Counted from the first letter of the stretch, positions 36,761-49,900 are shown. The stretch: 64,000 nt of DNA from an uncultured bacterium (GCA_903870275.1 CAIQCK010000103.1:3819-67818); one strand, 5' to 3'. The notes: generated by a model not told the origin, from the sequence alone. Program-made: numbers and translations.

Positions 36761-39700
36761 GGTCGTCCCTTTCTTACCGGCAGTGAGAAACAAAACATCG
36801 CGCCCTCGTTGAGAGTTGCCTCCGCCCGGACGCGGCCGCCGTGGCGGTGGATCACGCGCTGGACAATGGCCAGCCCGACACCCGTGCCCTCGAACTCAGC
36901 GTCGCCGTGCAACCGCTGGAACACGCCGAAGAGTTTGCCCACATATTTCATGTCGAAGCCGACGCCGTTGTCCTTCACGTAGTAGAGATGCTCCGAGCCT
37001 TCCGCACGGCCTCCGATCTCAATGATCGCCGTCTCCTTTGGACGGGTGTATTTGATGGCGTTGGAAATGAGGTTTACCCACACCTGGCGGAGCATAGCCC
37101 AGTCGCCCTCCGCCGGCGGCAGCGGATGAAGTTGGAACTGGATCTGCCGGCCCGTCGCCCGGGCCGCGCACTCGTCAAAGACCGCCTGAGCCAACCCGCC
37201 CATGTCAATCTCCACCGCATCCAAGGACTGGCGCCCCACCCGCGAAAACGCCAGCAGATCGTCAATCAACTGGCCCATGCGCTTGGTTTCGTCGCAGATG
37301 ATGTCCACGGTCCGCCGGCCTTCCTCGCCGAGTTGCTTGACATGGTCTTCCACCAGGATGTTCGCGAAGCCGTTGATGGCCCGCAGCGGCGCGCGCAAGT
37401 CGTGCGACACCGAGTAGGAAAACGCCTCGAGTTCCTTGTTGGCCGCCTCCAGTTGGGCAGTGCGCTGGATAACGCGCGTCTCCAGTTCGGCGTTGAGGGT
37501 GTTGATTTCCTCCTCCGTCCGCTTGCGCTCGGTGATGTCGCGACCCACAACCACCGATCCGACAATCGTACCGTCTTTGTCGCGAATAGGGGCGAAACTG
37601 TAGCTGCCCACCCACGTTTCGCCCGTGTCTTTGCGTCGCAGCACATGCTCCACATTGGTGGCCGTTTCGCCCCGGAGCGCTCTTGGAACCGCCCACTGAT
37701 CCGACGGCACCGGTTCGCCATTGGTCATGAATACGTCCAGAATCGCGTTGTAATCAGCCAGGATTCGACTGCATTGATCCTTGCTCTTGAACTTATGGAA
37801 CGTCGCGAAGGCGTCGTTGAACTCGATAAACCGCCCCTTGGAATCGGAAATAAACACGGCATCGGTCATGCTGGACATAGCTGCCTGCATTTTCGCCCGG
37901 CTCGCCAGCATCAGTTCCTCGGCCTGTTTGCGCGCGCTGATGTCACGCACAATGACTTGCGCGCCGGGCTTTCCCTCAAAGGTGAACGGCATGGCCCCCG
38001 CCTCCACGTCCACCACGCTGCCATCCAGTCGCAGAAACTGCTCTTCGATGATGGGAAGCGGCTCCGGGTTTCTTTCCATGGCCGCCATGCGCTCCAGAAC
38101 CTCCTGCCGGAACCTTGGGTGGATGAAATCCAAAATGAACTTGCCAAGCAGTTGTTCCGGCCGATCCGCGCCGAAAAGTTTCAGGCCGGCCGGATTGATG
38201 TAAACAAACTTCCGGTCCGAGGAGATGAAAATGGTGTCCGGAGACGACTCCACCAGCCGGCGGTAACGCTCCTCGCTTTCCCGCAGACTCTGTTGGCTCA
38301 GCCGATAGGCGATGGCTACCGCCAGATTGTCGGCCAGCCGCTCCAGCAACGCGACGCGTTCCGGCGTGAAACGCCCTTTGCGCTTGTCGTTGATTTGCAA
38401 CAGTCCGCAGGTGGTCTGGCTCGTGCGCAACGCCACGAGGGCTACCGATTCATAGCCTTCGCCATTGCAACGATTGCGCGTGCGGCCCTGGCGGTCGGCT
38501 TCCGTGGTGCCGGCCAGGAGTTCGGTGGTGGAATTGGTCCAAAAACTGCCGCGCGCGGTGAAGAACGGCTTCGTGCGGTTGAACCGTCCGCAGATCACGT
38601 TGCCGCACATGCAATCCAACACGGGATGGCCGTCGCTGTCCTGCAACGGCCGGCCCTCCGCGTCGTGCAGGCACAGTTTGTCTTCCGCGCGGACAAATTC
38701 CGCCGGAAACCCGCGTGTCTCAAAATACGGATAGTCGCCGTCCTCGCGCAGCCGGATGCCCACGGCATCGCAGTCGAGCCACTCCTTCAGCAACAGCGTC
38801 GAGTCCCGCAACAACTCGCGCAGGTTGCTGGCGGCGTTGAACACCCTGAGCAAATGCACCGTGATCTCGCGATCTCCTTCCAATCGCTTGCGTTCTGTGA
38901 TCACGTCGAACACGGCCACGAAGTGTTCCTTGGCGGGGCTATACACCGCGATTTCGAACCAGTCCTGCAGGCCCTCCACATAAACCTCGAACCGCTCCGG
39001 CACGCCGGTCGCCGCCACACGACCGTAGGTTTCAAGCAACTTTGGGTCGGCCTCGCGAATGCCGGGGATGATTTCGGTGATTTTCCGTCCGACGACATTC
39101 TTCAAGCCGGTTAGTTTTTCAAAAGCGTCGTTGACAGCCAGATAGACGAAGTCCTGCGGCCGGCCTTCCTCGTAAATCATCCGGCAATAGGCGAAACCGT
39201 TGAGCATGTTCTCGAACAAGAAGCGGTATTTCTCCGCGCTTTGCCGCGCCAGCTCCTGCGCCTCCTTGCGCTGGGTGATATCGCGGATGATGGCCAGCCC
39301 GCAGCGGACGCCGCCGACCTCCACAAACCGGTCGCTGCTCTCCACCGGGAACGTCGTGCCGTCCTTGCGCCGGTGGACGGTTTCAAACATGGCGGTGCTG
39401 TCGCGTTCCAGCCGCCAGACTTGTTGCGCGGCATCCTCGTGAGCCTCTGGCGCGCGCAAGTCAGTTAGCCGCATCCGCAGCAGTTCGGCCCGCGAATAAC
39501 CGTAGCTCTCCACGGCACGGTCGTTGGCTTCGAGGATCTTCCACTCCTTGTCGGTCAGCAGGATGATGTCGTTGGCGTTTTTCATCAGGTGCTCGATGCG
39601 CTGGGCCATCGCCACCCGCTCCTGCTCGACCCACAACTGGCGTCGCAACAAATTCACATCGTGCCGCCGCCAGAGCATCGCCACGCTGAGGCAGACGACG

Positions 39701-41385
39701 ACGGCCAGCAATCCCATCCCGCCCCAAACGGTTTGGGCCTGCCGCCGCAACTCGGCATAAATTTCGTCCCGATCCACCTTCGCGATCATGAACCAAGGCG
39801 TATCGGGAACGGCGCGGATGACGGCCAGCACCGGCACGCCGCGATAGTCCGCGCCCTCCACGCGGCCGGTCTCGCCCCGCGCCGCCATCGCCGCCGGCAA
39901 ATCTTTCTTGCCGATGGGCATTCGCAACGCGAGGGCAGTGTTTGTGCGATGGCGCAGTTCGCTCAGAAACAGCACGTCCCCGCCTTCGCGCCGCACCAGC
40001 AGCGTCTCTCCCGTCCGACTCGGCGTCGGCCACTCTCGCAACAGCGGATAGAGAAACCGCTCCGGGTCCACCTCCATGTCAATAGCGCCGATGGCTGGGC
40101 CGCCGTTCGCCGCGAGAATTGGCACCGCGAGGTCGAGATGGATATCTCCGTTGAACCGGCTGCGGTGCAGGTCGGACATGACAACCTCGCTCGAGCGCAT
40201 GGCTTGCTGCGCGTAGCTCACGCCGATGGGGCCAACACCGGTTCTCTCCGAGGGAGAAACCAGAAGCACCCGGCCCGTCGCGTCCGTCAGCGCCACGCAC
40301 AAAGCCTGGTTGTGTTCCCTCAAGGCGTCGAGCCATTGCGTCAGCCGTTCGGGCGAGATGCTGTTGGTCGAATCCTTGAGAAAGTGATTCATCGCCTCGA
40401 TCATGAAGGGATTCAGCAGCCAGGAGCGGGCGTCGCCGAGGCGTTCGGCGCGCCAGTCCACGATCTGCCGCACCTTCAAGTCCGCAATGGCGGTCACGTC
40501 GCCCATCGCGCTCTTGCGCGCCAGGGTGTCCAGATGATTGAGGAAGAAGAAACCGGCGGCCGCTGTCGCCGCGACAACAGACATCAATGCCGCTAGCAGC
40601 GTCAGGCCGAAACTCCGCCGTGACGGCAACGCTGACGCGGCCTGGCCGAACACCATTTGCAACGGCCATCGGTCCAGGCCCGCGGCAAACAAGAGGCCCG
40701 CGCCCAGCAACGTCAACGCAACGGCCGAGGCCGGCGCCATGGGAATCCAGTCGCTTTCGTGAAGGATGGACACGCCCATCGCGTAGCCGAGAATCGCCGA
40801 AAGGCCCAGCAACGTCACCATCAACGCGAATCCGGCGGCCAGTTGTCGAAGCTCCCGCCACCGGCCTATCGGCGGCAGTTGCGTCAGCAACGCCAGCGCC
40901 GCCACCAACAATCCCCCCGCGCTCATCACGGATATCCGACCCACCGGCACGCCGCCGACCTTGGCATGAACGTCCGCCAGCCAGCGTTCGAGGCTGGGGA
41001 TGGCGCCGCTCTCTTTCGTCAACGCCAGCAGACAGAACGCGACCACAGCCAACGCCGCCAGATAAGCCGCTGCTATCGGAACCCAACGCGACGGCCAGCG
41101 GTGGCGCAGGAACAACGCGCCGCTGAGCAGGACTGTCAAGCACGCCGTCAACGGCGCCATCGGCACATGCTCGTCGCCGAATGCGCCCCACTGCCAGCGG
41201 CCACTCCACCATGAGACCATCGCCAGCGCCGCGATGCCCGCCGCGCCAAACGCGCCCCACGCCACCGCGCGGCGCTGAATGATCTGCTGTTTGGAATCCG
41301 CGTTCACGCTCGTTGGCCGTAGTAGCAGTTCGTGGGCATCCCTGGACCGCGAGCGGTCTTCCACCAGGATATCATGGCAGTCCAC
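36757..41385 (-). CDS. giant multi-domain sensor histidine kinase (multi-TM, Cache-like, PAS/GAF, HisKA, HATPase)
   Basis: About 8 N-terminal TM helices, an extracytoplasmic segment of ~280 aa resembling a double-Cache domain, one more TM, then PAS-PAS-GAF-PAS-PAS. H-box [18 protein letters not shown] and ATPase [18 protein letters not shown]. The GTG start at 41385 is uncertain. Confidence 0.9.
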   Translation of the reverse strand: MDCHDILVEDRSRSRDAHELLLRPTSVNADSKQQIIQRRAVAWGAFGAAGIAALAMVSWWSGRWQWGAFGDEHVPMAPLTACLTVLLSGALFLRHRWPSRWVPIAAAYLAALAVVAFCLLALTKESGAIPSLERWLADVHAKVGGVPVGRISVMSAGGLLVAALALLTQLPPIGRWRELRQLAAGFALMVTLLGLSAILGYAMGVSILHESDWIPMAPASAVALTLLGAGLLFAAGLDRWPLQMVFGQAASALPSRRSFGLTLLAALMSVVAATAAAGFFFLNHLDTLARKSAMGDVTAIADLKVRQIVDWRAERLGDARSWLLNPFMIEAMNHFLKDSTNSISPERLTQWLDALREHNQALCVALTDATGRVLLVSPSERTGVGPIGVSYAQQAMRSSEVVMSDLHRSRFNGDIHLDLAVPILAANGGPAIGAIDMEVDPERFLYPLLREWPTPSRTGETLLVRREGGDVLFLSELRHRTNTALALRMPIGKKDLPAAMAARGETGRVEGADYRGVPVLAVIRAVPDTPWFMIAKVDRDEIYAELRRQAQTVWGGMGLLAVVVCLSVAMLWRRHDVNLLRRQLWVEQERVAMAQRIEHLMKNANDIILLTDKEWKILEANDRAVESYGYSRAELLRMRLTDLRAPEAHEDAAQQVWRLERDSTAMFETVHRRKDGTTFPVESSDRFVEVGGVRCGLAIIRDITQRKEAQELARQSAEKYRFLFENMLNGFAYCRMIYEEGRPQDFVYLAVNDAFEKLTGLKNVVGRKITEIIPGIREADPKLLETYGRVAATGVPERFEVYVEGLQDWFEIAVYSPAKEHFVAVFDVITERKRLEGDREITVHLLRVFNAASNLRELLRDSTLLLKEWLDCDAVGIRLREDGDYPYFETRGFPAEFVRAEDKLCLHDAEGRPLQDSDGHPVLDCMCGNVICGRFNRTKPFFTARGSFWTNSTTELLAGTTEADRQGRTRNRCNGEGYESVALVALRTSQTTCGLLQINDKRKGRFTPERVALLERLADNLAVAIAYRLSQQSLRESEERYRRLVESSPDTIFISSDRKFVYINPAGLKLFGADRPEQLLGKFILDFIHPRFRQEVLERMAAMERNPEPLPIIEEQFLRLDGSVVDVEAGAMPFTFEGKPGAQVIVRDISARKQAEELMLASRAKMQAAMSSMTDAVFISDSKGRFIEFNDAFATFHKFKSKDQCSRILADYNAILDVFMTNGEPVPSDQWAVPRALRGETATNVEHVLRRKDTGETWVGSYSFAPIRDKDGTIVGSVVVGRDITERKRTEEEINTLNAELETRVIQRTAQLEAANKELEAFSYSVSHDLRAPLRAINGFANILVEDHVKQLGEEGRRTVDIICDETKRMGQLIDDLLAFSRVGRQSLDAVEIDMGGLAQAVFDECAARATGRQIQFQLHPLPPAEGDWAMLRQVWVNLISNAIKYTRPKETAIIEIGGRAEGSEHLYYVKDNGVGFDMKYVGKLFGVFQRLHGDAEFEGTGVGLAIVQRVIHRHGGRVRAEATLNEGAMFCFSLPVRKGRP

Positions 41386-41706
41386 GCAATGTGCGCGATC
41401 CTCCCTGAACTGCTGGCGATTCTCCCCGAACGCCTCAGGACACAGCTTGGCCCCCGCCCGCTGATTTCATCCTCCCTCATCGTTGGATTGATAACACAAT
41501 CCACGAAGGAAAAACTAGTTATGGCTCGCCTTGACTTCATTGCCACCCACCAACGCACAACTTTGCCGTTGTGCATGCCCATTCAAAACGACAGCTACGA
41601 ATGTCACCTCGGTTCAGCATGACCTTCCGTGCGCAGGCTAATACTCTTAACACCCTTCTCCTGACAGCGCTAGTCAGGAACCCGCCGACAGGGTGTAGGA
41701 ATTATC

Positions 41707-42381
41707 CTACACGGCGGCACTGGGCGGGGTCTGCCCGGTCAACTGGTGACGGATGGCATAGTGGATCAGGTCTGTTGTTGTTCGTAGATCCATCTTCTTC
41801 AACAACCGCGCACGGTAGGTGCTGACCGTCTTCTCACTCAAGCCCAGTTCCGCCGCGATGGTTTTGCCGGAACCGCCGGCCACGATGCGGTGCAACACTT
41901 CGAATTCGCGGTTGGAGAGATTCTCGTGGGGCAACAGCGTGCGCGCGCCCAAACTGCTCGCCAGCCGTTCGGCGAACGAGGAACTGACGTAGGTGCCACC
42001 GGCCAGAATCCTCCGCACCGCGTCGGCAAGTTCCTCCGGCGCGCGCTCCTTGGTCAAATACCCCGCCGCGTGAAACTTCAACGAGCGCATGGCGAATTGG
42101 TCTTCGGGGTGCACGCTGAAAACCAACACCGGCAACTCCGGGCGTCTTTGTTTGACCTCGCGCAGCACGCTCAAGCCGTCACGATCCGGCAGCGAGATAT
42201 CCAGAATCAGCAAGTCCCACCGTTCCCTGCCGAGTTGCCGCAGCGTCCCGGCGGCGTCCGCCGCCTCGCCAAAGACCGCGCCCCGAAACTCTTCCTTCAG
42301 AATCTGTTTGATGCCAAGCCGCGTGGTGGCGTGGTCGTCGGTAATCAGGATGCGGAGCGGTTTGCGGGCAGGTTTTTTCAT
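41707..42381 (-). CDS. NarL/FixJ (LuxR-type HTH) response regulator
   Basis: REC domain LRILITDDHATTRLG...LILDISLPDRDG. HTH region LSNREFEVLHRIVAGGSGKTIAAELGLSEKTVSTYRARLLKKM. The ATG at 42381 overlaps the kinase stop (ATGA). Confidence 0.92.
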   Translation of the reverse strand: MKKPARKPLRILITDDHATTRLGIKQILKEEFRGAVFGEAADAAGTLRQLGRERWDLLILDISLPDRDGLSVLREVKQRRPELPVLVFSVHPEDQFAMRSLKFHAAGYLTKERAPEELADAVRRILAGGTYVSSSFAERLASSLGARTLLPHENLSNREFEVLHRIVAGGSGKTIAAELGLSEKTVSTYRARLLKKMDLRTTTDLIHYAIRHQLTGQTPPSAAV

Positions 42382-43649
42382 GAATGCTTCAAGGGAATCG
42401 CAACCCGGACGGTGGTGCCTTCGCCGGGCGCGCCGTGAATGATCACCTCGCCCCCAAACTCGCGCGCCCGCTCCCGCATGCCCAGCAGGCCCACGGCGCC
42501 GGCGTCGGCCATCTCCCGTGACGAGATGCCGCGGCCGTTGTCCGACACTTCCATCACCGCCCGACCGGCTACGGCCCGCAGCCGCGTGCGAACGCGCGTA
42601 GCTCCCGCATGGCGCGCGACGTTTGCCAGAATCTCCTGGAAGATGCGGAACATCGCCGTGGACCGGCCCGTGTCGAGCACCATTCCCTCCGCCGGCAAGT
42701 CCAACTCGCACTCGATGCCGCTACGCTCTTCAAACTGTTTCGCCCCCCACTCCATCGCCGCCACAAAACCCGACGTGTCCAGCACGGCGGGCCGCAACTC
42801 GGTGGAAATCCGCCGCGCCGTGTTGAGATCGCTTTCGACGCGCTTCATCATCGTTGCAATCCGCCGGCGCACGCCGGACTGGCCCGATTGCTTTTTCTCA
42901 TCCAACCGCCGGTCCAGCCATGCAAGGTCGAGTTTCAAATCCGTAAATGCATGGCCCATTTCGTCGTGAATTTCGCGGGCGATCCGGGCGCGCTCTTCCT
43001 CGCGAACGCTTCGCAGCCGGGCCGCCAGCGTCCGCAACTGTTCCCGCGAGGTCAGCAACCGTTGTTCGACCTGTTTGCGCTCGGTGATGTCGCGAATCGC
43101 GGCGACATGAATGCCGCGCCCCCGGCTTGTGAAATAGCTGCCCGCGATTTCCACCGGGAACACCGTGCCGTCCTTCTTGCGGTGCCAGCGGAGCGGAACA
43201 CTGGTTTCGCGCGCGGCGATGGCTTGCCCGGTTTTTTCCGGTTCCGCGGACATATCGGTCGGTTTCAACTTCAGAAATTCCTCACGACTGTAGCCGTAGA
43301 GCCGGGTCGCGGCGGCGTTGGCGTCCAAAACACGGCCCGTCTCGCCGTCAATCATGAGAATCGCATCGGACTCGATTTCGAACAGCCGGCGATGCCACTC
43401 TTCGGACTCGGCCAGTGCCTCGCCGTCCGGCTTGCGCCCGGCGATTTCGCGCTCGTCCGCCACCCATTTCTCCCGCTGCCGGCCCAATTCCACCGCCACC
43501 GCGTCCAATTCTCTCATCGCCTCGATCAAGTGCCGCTGCGTCGCGGTCTCTGCCGGTTGTTCATCCGGCGCGGCGTCCCACCTTTCCCGTAAAGCCGCCA
43601 GATGCCGCCGGGCTGCCTCGATGCGTTGGTTGATCAGTTTGTCACTCAC
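42378..43649 (-). CDS. PAS-HisKA_3-HATPase sensor histidine kinase (NarX/DegS class)
   Basis: PAS (WHRRLFEIESDAILMIDGETGRVLDAN...). HisKA_3 H-box EERARIAREIHDEMGHAFTDL. ATPase VSDNGRGI...GLLGMRERAREFGG. No TM segment is seen, so the protein is probably cytoplasmic. Confidence 0.9.
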   Translation of the reverse strand: MSDKLINQRIEAARRHLAALRERWDAAPDEQPAETATQRHLIEAMRELDAVAVELGRQREKWVADEREIAGRKPDGEALAESEEWHRRLFEIESDAILMIDGETGRVLDANAAATRLYGYSREEFLKLKPTDMSAEPEKTGQAIAARETSVPLRWHRKKDGTVFPVEIAGSYFTSRGRGIHVAAIRDITERKQVEQRLLTSREQLRTLAARLRSVREEERARIAREIHDEMGHAFTDLKLDLAWLDRRLDEKKQSGQSGVRRRIATMMKRVESDLNTARRISTELRPAVLDTSGFVAAMEWGAKQFEERSGIECELDLPAEGMVLDTGRSTAMFRIFQEILANVARHAGATRVRTRLRAVAGRAVMEVSDNGRGISSREMADAGAVGLLGMRERAREFGGEVIIHGAPGEGTTVRVAIPLKHS

Positions 43650-43958
43650 ATGTTCAGTTTTGTCAGACGCAGGCCGTCGCCTGCTATCGCCGTTTATACT
43701 GTGGCCGATAATTTGCTCCTTTTTCCAGTGTCAAATGCCCATGACCCTAAAAACTTTCCCCGGTATTTCCCGTTGTCAGCCTGTTGAAACGGCGTAGTCT
43801 GTCCGCCGGCATCGGACGGCGCAATTGGCGAGAGGAGCTTTTCTTCGTTTGAGCCGTCTAATGCCGTGGTGACCCACATGAACTTCAGACCTGGAAACCG
43901 AAGTTGCGCGGGCAAGGATGCCGGTGCCACGGTCAACTTCAGTTTTCGGGTCAAACCC

Positions 43959-46900
43959 ATGACGCCCATGAACATATACACTCAATTCCTTGCCGCGCTC
44001 GCGGCGATAACCCTCCTCTCTCCAACCGGCGTCGCACTCGCCGACAACGAAATCGGCTTCATCGAACGCTTCGCCCTCGCGCCCGACCGCGAAAAGGCGC
44101 TCAGCGAACTCGTGCCCGGCAGCGAGGATTTTTATTACTACCACGCGCTCCATGTCCAGAACGCGCGCGACACCGTCAAACTTGCCGACACGTTGACGCA
44201 GTGGAAAAAGCGGTTCCCCAACTCCGAGCGGCGGTGCGTGATCGAGAACCGCGAGGCGCTCATCGGCTACGAAACCAATCCGCAAACAACGCTGGCGTAT
44301 CTGCGCGAAAAGCTGAGCCTGCATTTCAACCACGTGCAGGAGGCCCGCGACAAAAAACCCGATCTGCCCTCCTCGCTCGACCCGAAACGCATCGCCCGCG
44401 GGGTCTTCGAGAAAGATTCGCTCACCCACGACGGCGGCATGCAAAGCTTCTCCCAAACCGCGCTGGAGGATCTGGTAAAACGCCAAGCGCCGCTCGATGA
44501 ACAGCGCCGCCGCGCTCTGCTGGCGAAGATTCACCGTCCCGATGTGTCACATCTGGTCGAGGTGATCGTCGCCGATTTGAAATGCAAGGAGTCGCGCGGC
44601 TTCGGCGAGTTTGCGATTCACCGCGCATTGTTACCCGACCAACTCGACGCGCTTGTCCGGGCACTGCCGGCGCTGGCGGTGAACGAGGCGTTCGTGTTAA
44701 CGCGACTACGCAAGCTCGCGCCGTCCGCCGATGCCGACATCGAGTTCGGCACCGCCGAGCGCGAGGCGTGGCTGGAGCGCGTGTGGAACTACACGAAGAC
44801 GCTGCCGCCGGCCTTCAACGCGCTGAAAGCTTGCGTGCTTTATCAGCGGCTCGACCACGACCGCAAAAAGAGCGTCTATAACCACGAGCGGTTTCTCGAA
44901 TACGTCAAGCTGCCGCGCAGTTTCTTCTACGTGAACCCGCTCTGGCTCCGGAGCCGGACGCAACTTGGCGAGCCGGTCGCCGATCTCAACATTAGCTTTG
45001 CTGACCCGCTGCCCGGCGTGCGGCCCGTCGGCATGGACGAACCGCTGGTGCGCGATTATTTCGTGCATCTCTTTGCCGCCAACGGCAAGGCCGACAGCGA
45101 TGCCCATGCGCTGCTGTCGCCGTGGACCGATTACATTCGCGAGTCGTGGCTCAAACCGATCCTCGCCGAGGCGATGATCCTCCACGGCATCGGCGACCCG
45201 GAACGCTGGGCGTCGCTGCTCGCGCCCTCGGAATTTCAGCGGTTGAAGGAACGCGTGGACATCGAGTTTCCGCCGACCAACACCCCGTTCACCACGCCCG
45301 GCGCCGACGTGGCGATGGATGTGATCCTCAAAAACACGCCGAAGCTGCTCGTCCGAATATACGAAGTCAACGCCCTGAACTTTTTCCTCGTGCAACACCG
45401 CCAGCTCAACACCGACCTCAACCTCGACGGCCTCGTCGCCAACAGCGAACGCACGCAGACGTTCGACGCCGGCCCATTCAAGCGCGTGCGGCAGACCTTC
45501 AAGTTTCCCGAACTCCGGGGCCGGCGCGGCGCGTGGATCGTGGAGTTCATCGGCGGCGGGCGCAGCAGCCGGGCGCTGGTGCGCGTCGGCCAGTGGCAGT
45601 TACTCCAGCAAACCGGCCCCGGCGGCGATCTGCTGACCGTGCTCGACGAACAAGGCGAGCCGGTGAAGGACGCCGTCGCGTGGCTCGACGGACGGAAGTT
45701 CACGCGCGACGAAAAGCTCGGCCGCATCAACGTCCCGTTCACCCAACAGCCCGGCCGCGCCAACATCGTCATCTCGGACACGGCCGGCACGTTCGCGACG
45801 CTGACGCAGTTCGAGCATCACGCCGAGGACTACCGGCTCGACGCGCAATTTCACGTTGAGCGCGAACAACTACTGGCCCGGCGCGAAGCGACTCTCGCGG
45901 TGCGCACAACGCTCATGCTCGGCGAATCACACCTCGACCCGGCGATCCTCCGCGAGCCGAAGCTCGCCATCACCACGACCACGCTCGACGGCATCTCCAC
46001 AACGCGCGAGGTCCAGGACGTGAAACTGACCGCCGCGCACGAGTTAACGCATACGCTGACGGTGCCTGAGCGGCTGGCGCAACTCCAAGTGACACTCAGC
46101 GGCAAGGTGGACGTGCTCAGCGAGGGCGGCGCCAAGCGCGACTTGAGCGCGTCGCACACGTGGAACATCAACGGCATGGACAAGACCGACGCGATTAGCG
46201 ACGGGCATTTGTCAAAGTTCGGCGGCGATTACGTCTTCGAGTTGCTCGGCAAGAACGGCGAACCGCTCGCCGACCAGCAGGTAGTGTTTGCGTTCACGCA
46301 TCGTGATTTCAGCCGGCCGCAGCACATCGCGCTCAAGACCAATGAGCGCGGTCGCATCGCGCTCGGCCCGCTCACTGGTTTGCGCAGCGCGCGCGCCAAG
46401 TGTCCGAACAATCGCGAGAGCACGTGGGCGCTCGCGGACTTCGAGCGGACGTGGCCCGGCGTGATTCACGCCCGCGCCGGCGAGGCTATCCGGGTTCCGA
46501 TGCCGCTGCACTCGCGAGAGTTCTCGCTGCTCGAAACCCGCGCCGGAACCTTTGTCGCCGACTGCACCGCGCAGATGAAACCCGATGGCGAATTCCTGGT
46601 CATCCCGGCACTGGCCGCCGGCGATTACTCGTTGCGCTTCCGCAACGACAATCGCGAACTCACGGTCAAAATCACCGACGGCAAACCCAGCGCCGGGTGG
46701 TTCCTCGGCAAAAACCGACAACTTCAGGCGAAGAACACCGCGCCGCTCCATATCACCGGCGTGAGCGTGGAAAAAGATGTCATCGAAATCAAACTGGCGA
46801 ACGCCTCGCCGTTCGCGCGCGTCCATGTCGCCGCGTCGCGGTTCGAGCCAGGGCGCGGATTGTTTGGGGGACTAGCCGGCTTTGCGCGATTTGGCGCGGC

Positions 46901-49900
46901 TGAGAGTGCGCCCGCGAAGCAGCCAAACCTTTACGCCGGCGGCCGCGAGATTGGCGACGAGTATCGCTACATCCTCGAACGCCGCAACGGCCGCGTGTTT
47001 CCGGGTAACATGCTCACGCGCCCCGGCCTGTTGCTCAATCCGTGGGAGACGCGAGACACCGGTCTCGCGGAACTCGAACAAAGGGCCGGCGAAATGGCCG
47101 GGGCCACAGCGGGTAATCGCGCCATGTCAAGATACGGCGGCGGCATGGTCGGCACTCCCAACGTGATGGCCGCAGCCGGCGCAGTTGCGGACAGCGATCT
47201 CGATTTCCTCGCTGCGAGCGAGCCGGTGATTTTCAATCTGTTGCCGGACAAGAACGGCGTTGTGCGCGTCGCGCGCGAGGCGCTCGCCGACCGCCAACAC
47301 GTGCAGGTCTATGCGGAGGATCTCGACGACGCCGTCTGGCGCTCGTTTGCGCTGCCGGAGGCGGGGACCAAGTTCACGGACTTGCGGCTCGCGCACAATC
47401 TCGACCCGGCCAAACCGTTCGCGCAGAAAAAGGAAATTGCCGTGCTCAAGCCGGGCGGGGCATTTGCGCTGACCGACACGCTCACCGGCGAACTCGAAAC
47501 CTATGACACGCTCGGCAGCGTGTACGCGCTTTTCACGACGCTCAGCGGCGACGGCAATCTCGCAAAATTCGCCTGGCTGTTGCAATGGCCAAAGCTCGGC
47601 GACGAAGAACGGCACGCGAAATACGGCGAGTTCGCCTGCCACGAGTTGAACTTTTTCCTGTGGCGCAAAGACGCGGCGTTTTTCGAGAAGACGGTGCGGC
47701 CGTATCTGGCCAACAAGAAGGACAAGACGTTCATGGATGACTTCCTGCTCGGTAACGATCTGGCGCGCTATCTCGAACCGTGGGCCTACGCGCGGCTCAA
47801 CGTCGTCGAGCGCGCGTTGCTGGCCCAGCGCGCGAAAGGCGAAGCCGCCAATGCCGCGCGGCATCTGCGCGAGTTGTGGGAGATGGTGCCGCCCAATCCC
47901 GACGAGCAAGACCGCTTGTTCGAGACCGCGTTGCGCGGCCGGGCGCTGGAATCCTTGATCAAACTCGGGGCGGGGACTTTGATCCTCAATGGTTCCAACT
48001 CCTACGCAGGCGGCGTCGTCATCAATGCCGGCAACCTGTCAGTGACGGTGGCAGGAGGAGGTGCACTCGCAACCGCGCCTCTTCCGCCACCCGGCGCCGC
48101 CGCGCCGGCCACTCCCGCTCTCGTTGTGACGAAAGATGCGCGTCACCTCTCTTTTCGTGCCGATCAATTGGAGACGCTGGCGGAGAAGGCCCCAGCAAAA
48201 CAATCGCCCAAAAACCTCAGGGTACCGATGGAAGTTCGGGCTATGGCAGAACAACGCCACGCCATCTTCAAAAAAGCCGGTCTTGCCATGGATGGGGAAG
48301 AAGGTGTTTTGAGAGACAAAAGCGAATCCGGTCGTTGGGGCTACTTCGGCGCAGACGCCACCAAGCACGCCCGCGGCGAGGGGCGCGCCTATTACCGCCA
48401 GCTCGGCGCGACCAAGGAATGGGCGGAGAATAATTACTACAACCTCCGCATCGCGCAGCAAAATGACAGTCTCGTCGGCATCAACGCCTTCTGGCGCGAC
48501 TACGCCCAGTGGGTTGCCGACGGCGCGAAAGCCCCGTTCGTCTCCGCCAACGTCGCGGAAGCGCACAATGACTTCGCCGAGATGATGCTCGCGCTGGCCG
48601 TGCTCGATCTGCCGTTCGAGGCGCCGAAGCACGCCTCCCAAGTCACGAATCACGAATTACGATTCACAGCCGCCAGCCCGGTCATCATCTACCACAAGGA
48701 AATCAAACCGACCGCGCCCGCCGCCGCGCCGCAGGCGGAACTGCTGGTCTCGCAAAGTTTCTTCCGCCAGGGCGACCGTTACCGGCAGGAAGGCAACGAG
48801 AAGTTCGAGAAATACGTGACGGAGGAATTTCTCGCCGGCGCCGTCTATGGCGCCAACATCGTCGTCACCAACCCGACCAGCGCACCGGTGAAGGCCGAGG
48901 TGCTCCTGCAAATCCCGCAGGGCGCGTTGCCGGCGCTCGGCAGCAAGAACACCGATTCGCGCCGGCTGCGGTTGGAGCCTTACACGACCCAGACCTTCGA
49001 GTATTGTTTTTACTTCCCCGCCACGCCGGCCAAGCCCAATGAAACATTCGCCCACTACCCCGTCAACATCGCCGTCGCCGGCCACTGTGCGGCGGCGGCC
49101 CGGCCGTTTGCGTTCAACGTCGTCGTCAAGCTCTCGCAGATGGACAGGGCATCGTGGGATTATCTCTCGCAATACGGCAGCGAGGCGGAGGTCTTCGCGT
49201 TCCTCAACCAGAACAACGTCGAGCGGCTCGACTTCGAGCGCGTGGCGTGGCGCTGCCGGCAGAGCGTGGATTTCTTCCGGAAACTGACGGGGTTCATGCA
49301 GGTCCACCACGTCTGGAACGAAACGGTTTACAGTTACGCGGTCGTTCACAATGACACGCCGGCGTTGCGCGAGTGGCTGCGGCACAAGGACGAGTTCCTG
49401 GCGAACTGCGGCCCGTTCCTCGCCTGCAAACTGGTCGTGCTCGATCCGATCGAGCGGCGCGCTTACGAGCATCTGGAATACTCGCCGCTGGTCAACCAGC
49501 GCGCGCACCGGCTCGGCAACGAGTGGCGCATCGCCAATCCCGCCGTGCGCGACCAATACCTGCGGCTGCTCGACATCCTCGCGCACAAGTCCGCGCTCGA
49601 TGCGATGGACAGCATGAGCGTGACTTATTATTTGTTCCTGCAAGACCGTGTCGAGGAGGCGCTGGCGCGATTCAAGACGATTGACCCGAAACAACTGCCG
49701 GCGCGCGTGCAGCACGATTACTTCCGCTGCTATGCCGGTTTCTACGAAAGCAACCTGGCCGACGCGCGCGCCATCGCGACCGGCTACCGCGACTTCGCCG
49801 TGCCGCGCTGGCAGAAACTTTTCGCCGAGGTCGCCCGGCAGCTCGATGAGATCGAGGACAAAGCCGTCGTCGCGTCGAAGAAATCCGCCGATGACAAACC

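Noticed and set aside
41304-41622. Small ORFs (92 and 96 aa) in the 320-bp spacer upstream of the giant histidine kinase.
   Set aside because: They overlap each other on opposite strands and have no motif or convincing start context. The spacer more likely holds the kinase promoter and the terminator-like hairpins of the LuxR gene (for example GTGTAGGA-atta-TCCTACAC at 41693-41712).
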